A stretch of DNA of 64,000 bases, taken from positions 243,102,001 to 243,166,000 of the forward strand of contig OZ024742.1 in NCBI GenBank assembly GCA_964016885.1, in the 5' to 3' direction. Position 1 is the stretch's first letter. Every line of letters begins with the position of its first letter. A program made the position numbers and the translations under genes. Under the pieces are notes generated by a model. That model did not search any database. It was not told the DNA's origin and saw nothing but the letters and a program-made list of their open reading frames with translations. The DNA is from Eledone cirrhosa (lineage: Eukaryota). Below, piece after piece: positions 40,924-52,949 of the stretch.

Positions 40924-41496
40924 TTTTAATTAAGCGAAATTAGTGGATGCAAATCTCAGAAAATATTGTAAACTATTCACACCTATCGCACTACTCGCAC
41001 CTATCGGTACAAAAATATAGCGCACTATTCGCACCTATCGGTACAAAAAAATCGCACGACTGTTAATAATACTAGAAGTGCAAATTATCTGTTGAATACC
41101 TGGTATATGAAGAGCAACCGATACGATCGGTCGGCGATCGGTCTTGAAGAAGAATGAAGAATGAAGTGAAATTTTGGTCTGGTTGTTGTCATCGGTGTTT
41201 CGCAGAGATGCCGGCACGAACAAAGGTGTCAGTGACACAAAGTTGTCCGCTTGAACTAAGGTGTCGGTCCGACAAAGGTGTCAGTCAGACAGACAGTCAG
41301 ACAGTGTCACAGTCGGTGCGACAAAGCGATCGATACGATTAAAAAAAATTTAACTCACATGTTTACCTATATTTTCGCAAACTGTTGATAGATTGGTACA
41401 AAAAATAGCTTTGATAATAAACATAAATTTTTAACGAAGTATTTAAAAAGCATTTTAGCAGTGAAAAGTGAAGTAATGTTTCACACTGACGCAAGT

Positions 41497-41620
41497 AGGG
41501 CCGTTCAGAAATGACGTAGTCAATTAGGAGGAGGGGATTCGGCGATTTGACTACATTTGACTAACGTAATCACAATCACAAGAGTTCCGCCGAAAAAAAT
41601 TCGTCATTTCTGGATTACCT
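41497..41620. mobile_element. Small MITE with imperfect TIR
   Basis: GGGCCGTTCAGAAATGACG ... CGTCATTTCTGGATTACC. Confidence 0.4.
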
Positions 41621-41875
41621 CCCCTAGCGTCACGCTTACTACTCACTCACTTGAACACAAGATTTATCAGCAAACTTTGATTATAAACTTTTTCCCGCTG
41701 GACCAAATTTCTAGATTTTTTAAGCCAAAAGATGCCTAATGATCTACTGTTCATGCTCATATAAGTTTTATCTCAGTTAAATAAAGTAGAGCCGCGCTGT
41801 ACTGTCGTAAACAGACGATTGCCAACGAAAACACGACCACAACAATATTACTAAACGGACTACCGTCCGTTTAGG

Positions 41876-41900
41876 ATATATATATACATATATACACAAG

Positions 41901-41934
<34 letters not shown>

Positions 41935-41941
41935 TACACAA

Positions 41942-41997
<56 letters not shown>

Positions 41998-41998
41998 T

Positions 41999-42066
<68 letters not shown>

Positions 42067-42097
42067 AGTATATATATATATATACATATATACACAA

Positions 42098-42186
<89 letters not shown>

Positions 42187-42190
42187 CGCG
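41876..42190. repeat. Interrupted (TA)n microsatellite
   Basis: Directly visible. Confidence 0.95.
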
Positions 42191-42203
42191 CAATCAACTT
42201 CTA

Positions 42204-42262
42204 GCTGTCTGATGAGGTCATAACTGTTGCATAATGGTTATTAACCAAATACATATTAAAGC
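42204..42262 (+). ncRNA. Degenerate hammerhead motif (G12 missing)
   Basis: gctgt-CTGATGA-ggtcataactgtt..aatggttattaacc-AAA-tacat-ATT-aaagc. Confidence 0.45.
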
Positions 42263-42310
42263 GATTATGAATAAACGAACTTAATTTTAACCTGTTCACT
42301 TGTACTTCAT

Positions 42311-42365
<55 letters not shown>

Positions 42366-42366
<1 letters not shown>

Positions 42367-43260
42367 GAGGTGTGTCAGAAAAGTTTCCGGACTGATGTCA
42401 CAAAAGATTTACTTCAAACCCAAACTTCACACTGAGAGTTTTCTCCCTCAAAGTAATCCCCCTGGAGTCTAATGCACCTTTCCATCCCTATCTGCCACGT
42501 TTGCATGCACTCTTGGAAGGATTCTTTCGGGATCCTCCGCAGTTCCGTCGTCACGGCCTTTTTGATGCCGTCCACGTCTTCAAAACGGGTCCCTTCCGGG
42601 TCGTACTCGAAGATCCATGACTCATCATCGGTGATGACTGTCCCTAGCAAGTCTGGTTCGGTTTAAAGACGCTCGAGGATATCCTGGTACACTTGCATGC
42701 ATCGACCCTTCTGGTCATCGTTCAGCAGTTTTGGACCCATCTTCGCGCAGACTTTCCGCATGTCCAAATCTTCAGTGAGAATCTTCCAGACGCTGTCCCG
42801 ATTCATGCCCAGCTCATTTACCATCAGTCGAACAGTCAACCGACGGTCGCTACGCATCATCTGCCTGACGCACTCAACGTTGACTTCAGTCCTGGTTGTT
42901 GAGGGCCTTCCGCTCCTGGGGTCATCTTCCACGTCCTCGCGTCCTTCTTTAAACCTCTTGCACCACTCAAAAACACGTGAGCGTGACATCGTCTCATCTC
43001 CATACACTTGCTGCAGCAATCCCAGTGCTTCTGACGGAGTTTTCAAGTTTGTTCGTTGCTCTGTGATCATTGCTTGACGACCTGAAACATAGGACATGTA
43101 TATAAAATTATGAAGAAAAAAGTTTGATCACTGCAGAGAGCTAAGATTACAGTTGCATACTCCAGGGGGATTACTTTGAAGGAGAAAACTCTTAGTGTGA
43201 AGTTTGGGTTTGAAATAAATCTTTTGTGACATCAGTCCTGGAACTTTTCTGACACACCTC

Positions 43261-43261
<1 letters not shown>
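42366..43261 (-). mobile_element. Internally deleted mariner (DD34D) transposon
   Basis: TIR CGAGGTGTGTCAGAAAAGTT.CC.GACT extended to ~100 bp, TA flanks; HTH EDDPRSGRP, ITDDESWIFEYDPE joined directly to GTRFEDV..GDYFEG. Confidence 0.92.
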
Positions 43262-43333
<72 letters not shown>

Positions 43334-44287
43334 CAGAGGGAGGGGAGAACCTTTCCCGTTTTTAAATATCTGTAGTGTTGTTGTTATTTGAAATAGATTT
43401 GTTTATGATTCTAGAAATAACTAGACTAAGCGTATTATATAGATATACGAGATTATTTAGGTTAAAAAAAAATAATAATATAATAATTTGATGAAAGGAA
43501 TGGGGTTAAGTGAAATGAAATTTAAAGAATAAATAAATGATTAGGTGGATAGTTGATTGGATCTGCACGCATACGACACGCGTGTGCATGCAGGCACGTG
43601 TGAGCATGCACACACAAGCCCAAGCGCATTCATACAGGCATACATATCTGTGTTCACACACACACACATATATATATGTATATATATGTATTTATATTTA
43701 TATGTATATACATACATATATATATGTATATGTGCATGTGCATTTGCGCATACATATATTCGCACGCAAATGCACATGGACATATAAACACAATCTCACA
43801 TGCACACACACACACACACACGGGCCAATGCATGTCTACATCCATGCCCTATGAATCGCATATAATATACACTGCATAGGTGCAATAAGTATACATTCAC
43901 ACACAGCTTGCACATGAGCTGCTCACACATAGTCACATAGAACGAACATATATTATACATTCCTACATGCAAATCATACACATGTTCCGACCTAAGCGTC
44001 ACATATATGTGTGTGCATGGCGCGTGCGAGGGTGCAATCTACAGGCCCACATATATGTGTATATGTAGCGAAACCTGTCCACACCTGGAACCATAGGTGA
44101 CACCTAAAGGTCAAACTCTAGGTCACCACCCTTTTGGCGTTAACAAGTTGATGCGTGGGCGATCCCTCGAGGCAGGGGACAGAAAGCTGGGGATATAAAT
44201 AGCCGGTGGAAGAGAGAGAGAGAATTCAATCACGACCAGGACTACTACCACGGACTGTAACCACCAACAAACATTATCTGGGAGGGT

Positions 44288-44645
44288 CGGTGGATTGGCG
44301 GTATCAGTAGAGGGTCGGACGCCATGCTTTCCAGCATAGTTACGTCCCTTTACGATCTGAGTTCAAATCCCGCCGGGGTTGACTTTGCCTTTCATCCTTA
44401 CGGCGTCGATAAAATAAAGTACCAGTAATGCACTGAGTAATTGCTGGCCTTGTGCCTAAAGTAGAGACAATTATCTGGGAGGGTCGGACGCCATGTTTTA
44501 TAGCAAAGAGTTACGGCCCTTTATGATCTGAGTTCAAATCCCGCCGAGGTTAACTTTGCCTGTCATCCTTACGGGGTCGATAAAATAAAGTACCAGTAAT
44601 ACACTGGAATAATTGCTGGCCTTGTGCCAAAAGTAGAAACAATTA
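44288..44645 (+). mobile_element. Two nested/tandem SINE family A copies
   Basis: attatctgg repeated at ~44273, 44470 and 44642. Confidence 0.85.
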
Positions 44646-45206
44646 TCTGGTCGCTCGCTGTTTCACATCAACAACAAAAATAACATCGTCAACCTTTGCA
44701 ACTCGTGGTAACTTATTTGTTTTTGTTGTTTTACTGAAGTGGAGTAAATATTATATCAAAAATATCATATCAAAAGTAAACTTCGCTTCATATATACACT
44801 CCAGAAGCACACTTTCCCACTTTGCCAAATACATACAAATGGACACTTGCCACGCACACAAGCATGCATACGCGTTCACATACACATATACATGCACACA
44901 CATACGACTACTCTCGCACAGACACACATACATACGTAGCTGTGCACATGGTACACATTCACATGCATATGTACGTACTAAATATGGTGGTAGAATTATA
45001 TGTTCGCATACGTGCCTGGGCACCATACATGTGTACACGTATATGTTAGTGCTACGTATGGTGGTAGAGTGTGCTACCTCTATACATCTATACGAAAACC
45101 ATGAGAGAGGAGGTGGCAAAATTGTCTGCCCGTTTGTACTTTATACATGTTCACACATATGTATGTGATATACATTTATACACCCATTTATATGCCCATA
45201 CAGTGA

Positions 45207-45488
45207 AGGCACGTGGCCTAGTGGTAAGGGTGTTGGACTTACGATCATAATGTCGTGGGTTCGATTTATGGGTTGCGTGTTGTGTTCTTGAGAAAAACAC
45301 TTCATTTCACGTTGCTCCAGTATACTCAGCTGAAAATGAGTACCAACAATAGTTGGAGGTTTAACCCTGCGATGGACTGGTGTCTTTTCCAGGGGGCAGT
45401 CTTGTACTCTCAGTCGTTTCATGCCATGAAACCGGGATAAGCACCAGCCAAATGAGCCTTCTGGCTTAAGACAGACTTTAGACTTTAG
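45207..45488 (+). mobile_element. SINE family B full copy
   Basis: A box TGGCCTAGTGG, B box GGTTCGATT, CORE-like and V-like segments, (AGACTTT) tail. Confidence 0.85.
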
Positions 45489-46427
45489 GCTTATACGACC
45501 ATACAAGAACTAGGGGAGCTGAGGTGATAAAACTGTCTGAACATATACACATGGGATGTATAGTATGTAAAGGTGGTTGTTGGTTTATAGTAGGTAGTAG
45601 GTGCACACTCGAGGTGAGAGGCAGAGGTGTGTTCTCGGTAGAAATGCAAGTGTAGGGACAAGAGTGTAAGGTGGGCTTACTCCAAGTATAAGTCACTGCG
45701 CGGGATTAAATGCTGGTTCCGACGCTTGGTAAATATGGATCCTAAGCCTCTAGGATCGTGTATATACTTTACACACATGTATATACATATGTGTGTGTGT
45801 GTGTGTGTGTGTGTGTACATGCATGAAGAAGGGTAATGAGTAAAGATCCCCTTCATGACCGAAGGGGTTCTTTACCCTTTGCACCTGGAAAGTTCCCTCC
45901 GAGGCAAGGTTGTGTGTGGACGACCATGCGTACCGGTCTCCCCACTCCATGACACCAGCGTGGCACCATTGACATCACAACTCACTTCTACAGCTGAGTA
46001 AACTGGAGTAACGTAAAATAAAGTGTCTTGCTCAAGGATACAACTCATCACCCGGTTTCGTGAATGGAACCCACAACTTCACGAATGCAAGCCCAACGCT
46101 CTAACCACGTGTATATACATGTATATTCATATATATATATATATATATTCATACATATATTCGTGTCTGTGTGTGCGCGTGTGTGTGAATGTGTTGGTGT
46201 GTTGTGTTTGTGTGTGAGTGTGTGTGGGGGTGTATGGGGGGTGTTGGGGGTGTTGTGTTTGTGTGTGTGTAGGTGTATAGGTGTGTTGTGTTTGTGTGTG
46301 TGTAGGTGTATGGGTGTGTTATGTTTGTGGATGGGTGTGTTATGTTTGTGTGTGTGGAAGGGGTTGTGAACGTCTGGCTCCACTTATTGAGAGGATGTAC
46401 TTTCTCACTGAAATATGTTCTCTCATT

Positions 46428-46488
<61 letters not shown>

Positions 46489-46841
46489 GTAAAGCTTTCC
46501 TGTCTAAAATGAACATAGACTCCCAAGATTGCTTTATCGCCTATAAAGAGAACTTGAACTTGTCAAACAAGAACAAGTACCAATATGGCATCAGTACGAC
46601 ATATTTCGAACATAAAACTCAAATATATCTTCTGACACTGATACAATAAATCAAACGGGAAAACCATGTTTTCTTAATGTCTATGTTACTCTAAACATCA
46701 TTTGTAGGCAAATCTGTATAACGTATGTTTATTTCAAAGTTGACACATAAAAATATCTTAGGATACGTTTATGAGCGTACACGGTGGAAAAATATGATAA
46801 ATATAAATTCCTTTAGCATAGTACCAACCGTTTTTATTGTG

Positions 46842-47033
<192 letters not shown>

Positions 47034-48124
47034 CAACTAGAAATTGATTGACATATATATATATATATAAAATAAACATATGAAACAATCACAGGGAATA
47101 ATTTGTAAAAGTGTGTAAGCACACACACAGCTAGGTAGCTAACTAATTAAAGTTTAACTAGAACTTTAAATATAGATACCTTTTAAAATGATTGGATCTA
47201 TTCATTGGAATCTTTGAGCATATTCTACAGTGGATATGGCGCATGTCTCTCGGACATGTCACCCTTAATTTAATTTTGGATATATATTGGGTAGATAACA
47301 ATCTAATGAAACCTTTAATATATTATGAGGGAGTAGACTGTATTTAAAATTAAATATAAATATATAACATTATGTAAAAGGGATTCAATTGTGACACTAT
47401 ATAATGTCTATTAGAGCAAAGAATTTAAATAGTTTAATGAGCTAGTTACCCCCCCCCCTCCTTACGCATTAGATCCCCTGAATTTTTTATCTCATATCCA
47501 CTTCCGGATATTAAACCGTTGGAAAATCTCGCTGTAGAACAACTCTAATCCATGAATATGAATACAATAAGACCAAGTTACAACCCATTACTATAACTAA
47601 CTAAAAACATTCAATACAAACATTAACTAAAATATAACTTAACATATGTAATGGATGGGAAATCAGTAACTTTCATATTCTCCACAAATACAAATTTGAA
47701 CTCTACAGAAACTATCATCGCATTACATCCTCTGTAATACACTAACATATTCGCTTAAAGTGCTTGTATTTTATGTAATACCTTGCCATACAGTATTTAT
47801 ATATGCCTAATACCTTTGCTTGTTTCCTTCTCATATATATGACTAACGCATGTGCAATCTCTACACGCTTGAATATGTATTTCTTTCTCAATGCCTCTTT
47901 AATTATTAGACTATTCTTTTGTATTATCTGTCGCATGTATTCCACTCTGTGCTTTTAATTTTAATTTTAATTTTAATTTTAATTATTGTACAATTCTCGT
48001 ATAATATATGTCGCATCCATTAGACCCTGTAAATACTAAACATCATACACAACATCAATATATATGTATCTATATGATTGTTCAGTTGAATAGGAGGTTA
48101 ATTATATGTACAAACATTGATAAT

Positions 48125-48169
48125 GCTCCGATGACTCCAAACTAAAGTTTGGAAGAAACAATTGTCAGC
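48125..48169 (+). ncRNA. Hammerhead motif with CCGATGA core
   Basis: gct-CCGATGA-ctccaaact aa agtttggaa-GAAAC-aatt-GTC-agc; stem III palindrome ACAATTGT. Confidence 0.7.
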
Positions 48170-48338
48170 GATTAAACACAACTTTGATACTTGTGTAATT
48201 TATATTCCTGCTCTGTAAAACACCTGATGTTCTTACATTGAGCTATTTCTCTTACTGGTAATAAGGTAGTAATAAATTACTGACCTTTCCTGTTTATAGT
48301 TATTTATAGTATAGTATATACATAACTATAAATAGTAT

Positions 48339-48386
<48 letters not shown>

Positions 48387-48455
48387 CTTCCCTTTGTTAT
48401 CATTGTTAAATAATATAATATGTAATATATATGTATATACATATATATATGCATA

Positions 48456-48532
<77 letters not shown>

Positions 48533-48588
48533 CATATATTATTTAACAATGATAACAAAGGTAAGTTATTTTAAATATTTTATTCATT

Positions 48589-48708
48589 GTTTTACGATCG
48601 TTTCGGAGTGTTGATCATATCGATATATTGACTGATTTATAGCAGTTAGAGAACTGTATACTATTAGACATAATATATGGGTTCGATCATACCGTCTTCT
48701 TCGAAAAC
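48589..48708 (-). ncRNA. Degenerate hammerhead motif with long stem II
   Basis: Reverse complement gttt-TCGAAGA-...-GAAAC-gatc-GTA-aaac; palindrome ACGATCGT. Confidence 0.45.
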
Positions 48709-48722
48709 AATGAAGTTAGAAT

Positions 48723-48777
<55 letters not shown>

Positions 48778-49474
48778 TTAATATAGAAATAGCTTCTACA
48801 GGACTAGAACTGTTTCATGTGGTTACCCCCGATTGAACCCGGGATAAACTTATATATATATATAAATATAACTGTGATAAAATTTTGAATAATAATTACT
48901 ACTTTATAACAATTTCATAATAGCATCTTAGCATTAAGAGACATTTCACTAACTACTCTTGGGTTCCAAATAATAGGGGAGGGGATAAGTGGGAGGAATG
49001 GACATTTCCTTGAATTCTTATAAGCGGGGGTGCAGGAGTTGGTAATTGTATAGTGTACGTTCGTAAATATGGGATTTCTTATATTGTTCTATTTTTGTCA
49101 TATATAATATTTCTTTTTAATGTAAAATAAAATTATCATTAGATTCTCCAGCAGCTATATCGATATGAATCACTTACAATAAAATTTCGCCCGTGATAGA
49201 TTAGCAAAATTTAATAAGCGGGGTGGGGGTGGAAAAAATCTATAAAATTAATACTTCTTGTACTTTGAATCCGAAACTTTCTTTTGATATTTCCTGCTAC
49301 ACTCAACAAGTAAAATGATATCTTTCATACTTATCGATAAGAGATTTTTTCAAATCATTTTATATATAATATAAATATAGCTTCATACAGTATGAGACAT
49401 TAGTCGAACAAAATATTCAGGTTTTCCATCGTAGAATTTAAAGTCACAAATTTTATACTCCAGCATATCAGGTA

Positions 49475-49769
49475 GCTTCTCTTACCAGCTAACCTTCCTT
49501 CTAGGCATAACCTACCCACACCACGAATTGATCTTTTTATATGACCGTATAGTTTGTGTACTCTTGACTTGGCATGTGATGTAATTGGTTTAAGTCTGGT
49601 AATGTTGAGCAGAGGCCGGCAGCCAAAACGATGGCTTGATAATGTCAACCTATGGACTGGACTTGATCTTTGCTCTTTAAATCCTGCTGTTGGTGATCGA
49701 ACTTTGCGGAGAAAAATATCTCATGTTGATGCCCAGTCTGCATCTGGCGGAGTTTAGCGTCAAAGTAGT
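49475..49769. mobile_element. 5'-inverted RTE-clade LINE 3' fragment with 10-bp TSD
   Basis: Minus part KLYGHIKRS..LEGRLAGKRS; plus part RGRQPKRWLDNVNLWTG..DR; TSD atatcaggta at 49465 and 49770. Confidence 0.75.
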
Positions 49770-50827
49770 ATATCAGGTAACCCTTCGTTTTGACAGTTAT
49801 TTTAATACATCTAAATATGATTCCAATATATATATACTGACATATGCGGATGGGTTTGTATTCGTGTGAGAATGAGTAAATAAATTGCTGTTGTTGATAT
49901 TGATGTTGTTGTCGTTGATGATGATATTGTTGTTGATGTCAATGTTGTTGTCGTTGTCCAAAGTCAACCTTTATTAAGCTGAACTATCACAGCCGTAACA
50001 TTCTGTCCTTATTTCAGATATGGTTTATCTAGGACAACGTTATGTATAGTTTCCTTTAGTAAGATGGAGCTATTTCTTTTAATAAGTCTTGTGCTATTTC
50101 TTTTAATAAGTCTTGTGACCGTGTTAAAGTTCTTTCATTGGTTCAAGAGCGTAGGTATATAATTATATATGAAACACTTGTTTCATAGGTAGATAGCTAG
50201 CTAGATAAGTTTTAACTGCTCTTGTGTGATAGAATAAGGAAGAACCGCCAACATTATTCTGAAAACCGGCAAGCTAGGGTTAGATAAAAAAAATATAGAA
50301 GAGGAAAGGGGAGAAATAAAGGGGGTGAGGTAAAGGAAAATTAGACAGAAAAGAGATGAGAGAAGAGAGACTGAAAAGTAAGTAGAGAGATAAAGAGGGG
50401 CAGAGAGACACTGAGAGACAGGGAGAGGCAGAGAGAACAATAGAGACATTAGGGTTAGTTTATAGTGCATGGTATTTTGACGGTTGTAAAATGGTAGTTA
50501 ATAACGTCTACAAAATCAACGTTGGCCATGTTTAATTAATTGCTGCCATATGGAAGGATAATTGCAAAGAAGACTATAAGCAAGCATTTTTGAACAGTTT
50601 AACCTCTTTCTTTCCTGGGACAAGCTGACCTAGTGATTGAATTCATTAGGCAGTGAACCAGTCTTACATTCAATGGAACAACAACCCTTCCTACCTCACG
50701 TGGCTATTTGTTGGGCTGGGGTGATTTGAAGATGTGTTAATTCTGGTGAAAGTAGATTATAATTGCAGAATCACACACACACTGTTCAAGGTTAACAAAA
50801 ATGATGAAGCTTATTATTATAATTAAT

Positions 50828-51326
50828 GTTGTCGTCTTCCTTTAGTCGGGAAGGGCAGACAGTTCTTATCTGTCTCGAGGTCATGGTCAAAGAAGTTGTA
50901 CGATTTACTCGACTGAAAGCGCTGAAGATAAACACTTTCTTCTTCGGCGAGGCTCTGGTTAATATTTTTTCAGGTTTCGCCTGAAGAGGAAAATCATTGG
51001 GAAGAGGGAGCTACTCCCTTCTAGCAAGTTCTTTGAAAGGTGAATGAAAGGGACGAGCATTGTCCGAGTGAAGGGGCCTGCTTTGAATATACGTCTTTAG
51101 TTTGGAGGAGGACAACTGGCAGACGGCACGTGCCCTAGCGGTCAGCCTGTCGTGGTTTTTTTCCCTGAGTAACCATCGACAGATTACCCCCCTCCCTATT
51201 GTGGAATATATTTTGTTTTTATATTTTTATACAAAAAAATATGACCTACTGTCTATTGCCATCTGTCGTCTTTAACGTTTTTGTCATGGCAACCCTTTAT
51301 GTCTAATAAAGAAATCATTATTATTA
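50828..51326 (+). mobile_element. 5'-truncated Tx1-like LINE 3' end, related to the 3441-9243 element
   Basis: Translates SSFSREGQTVLICL..MVKEVV..TRLK..LKRK..SKF.ER, colinear with ORF 3693-3992; AATAAAGAAAT then (ATT)n. Confidence 0.75.
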
Positions 51327-51349
51327 AGGTTGATGTTGTTGTTGTTGTT

Positions 51350-51560
51350 ATTGACAGTATCGGTAGAGCGTCGGACATCATGCTTTGCAGCATAAAGTGA
51401 CGACCCTTTATGTTCTGTGTTCAAATCCCGCCGGGGTTAGCTTTTTCTTTCACCCTTACGGTGTCGATAAAATAAAGTACCAGTAATGCACTGGGGTCGA
51501 TTGAATCGCGTTTCCCCTTCCTTTCAAATTGCTGGCCTTGTGCCTAAAGTAGAAACAATT
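51350..51560 (+). mobile_element. SINE family A copy
   Basis: A/B boxes, core and tail. Confidence 0.8.
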
Positions 51561-51579
51561 ATTATTATTATCATTATTA

Positions 51580-52630
51580 TAGCTCTGTCACGTAGTACAA
51601 ATGGATAATGCACTAGGGTATTTCGTCATCTGTCAAGATGCAACAAGGACCTTAGACAGATAATACTTTCCTCAAAATGTGTGCAGTACCTAACGAAGCC
51701 ACATTTTCTATTACCCCCAACCTGTATGGTATTCCCAGTCTTGAAGTTTCAATGAGATTGATCCTAATGCCCCGATCACAACTGGTATCACTTTCACATT
51801 AACCCCCTGCGTTACAAATAGTCTTGCCAACTCCACTTTAAATTCTGTGCACTTGGTCATTTTTTTTCAATCTCCTTACTCGCAATGTTCGTGTTATTTG
51901 TCATGGCTACTTCAATGATATGACAGTGTGTTTTTTCTTGTTCAATACGACAACGCCTGGTCTGCAGTGCTCAATAACTCTATCAATTTGAAAATCATAA
52001 TCCCAGAATATCGTTGCTTAAGCGACGATGTTGTTTTATCCTTGATATCCTGTTTTTTTTTCTCAAACTGTCGTTCTCATTCGTTCATGCGTTCTCATTC
52101 CTAGATCTTCTTATCTTTTCTCTTCAGCTCTTTCGTTAAACTCTTTCTTTCCAACCCTTTCTACTGCATCTATACCCATATTTTCTGTTACATATTGCCA
52201 CAACTCTTCGTCACTGTTTATCAAATATTCTGCAAGCGTTCTCCTTTCAGTCCTTATACAATGATCCACACTGATGAGGCCTCTACCACCATTCTTTCTT
52301 TTCATGTATAATCTATCAGAGTGTAAAGCTCCGTACAATGTCATTAATTTTCTCGTCTTTCTATCTAACTTTGATATTTCTTCTTCAGTCCAACTGAGAA
52401 TGGATGCACTATATCTAACCACTGCAACTACCCAAATATTCATTGCAGAGACCAGATTTCTTGCATTCAAGTTAGATTTTAAGATCATTTTTTACTCTTT
52501 TTAAATATATCCCTCTAACCTTTTCTTTCATTTCTGCGTGCAAAATATCATCTAGTTCTAAGATCCCCAAATATTTATAGCCAATATCTTCTGGTTCTCC
52601 CATGGTTTCTCCAGATGCTAATCGTAATCC
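51580..52630 (-). mobile_element. R4/Dong-like RLE non-LTR retrotransposon fragment
   Basis: YKYLGILE, LDRKTRKLMT..ALH..DRLY..R..GGRGL, WDYDFQIDRVIEHCRP, VIPVVIGALG; (TAA)n-like tail. Confidence 0.8.
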
Positions 52631-52949
52631 ACTACAGGAGGCAGCGGCGTCGTCATCGTCGTCGTCGTTGTTGTTGTTCGACATTATCAGTGACAGACGT
52701 GATTTATGAACGAGTGAGTTGTTTTTTAAAAATTATCGGATTACTTTCAAATGTTGGTGTTTTGGCTCAATTACATAAAGAAGTGAGAAGGCTTGTCTAG
52801 GGGAGAAATATACCTTATATTTTGAAATTTATTTGCATCAGATATCTTTGAAAAATATTTGTAGTGGCAGTGGGAGGAAACTTCCACAAAGTTAATAGCA
52901 ACATGTACATCACCCCAAATTCACAGATTTAAAAGAAATAAAGACAGAC

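Larger units (their letters stand above)
38330..41878 (-). mobile_element. Putative Helentron/Helitron-like multi-gene cassette inserted in (TA)n
   Basis: Terminal hairpin ctaaacggac-tacc-gtccgtttag next to (TA)n, subterminal (CTGT)n at 41281-41312, internal 32-bp tandem repeats, compact genes; no Rep/helicase and no matching far-end subTIR seen. Confidence 0.45.

Noticed and set aside
44064-44715. Possible solo LTR (TG start, TATAAATA at ~44194)
   Set aside because: No clear CA end, TSD or second copy.
50980-50995. CTGAAGA as a hammerhead core
   Set aside because: Part of the Tx1 coding remnant (LKRK) with no supporting stems.
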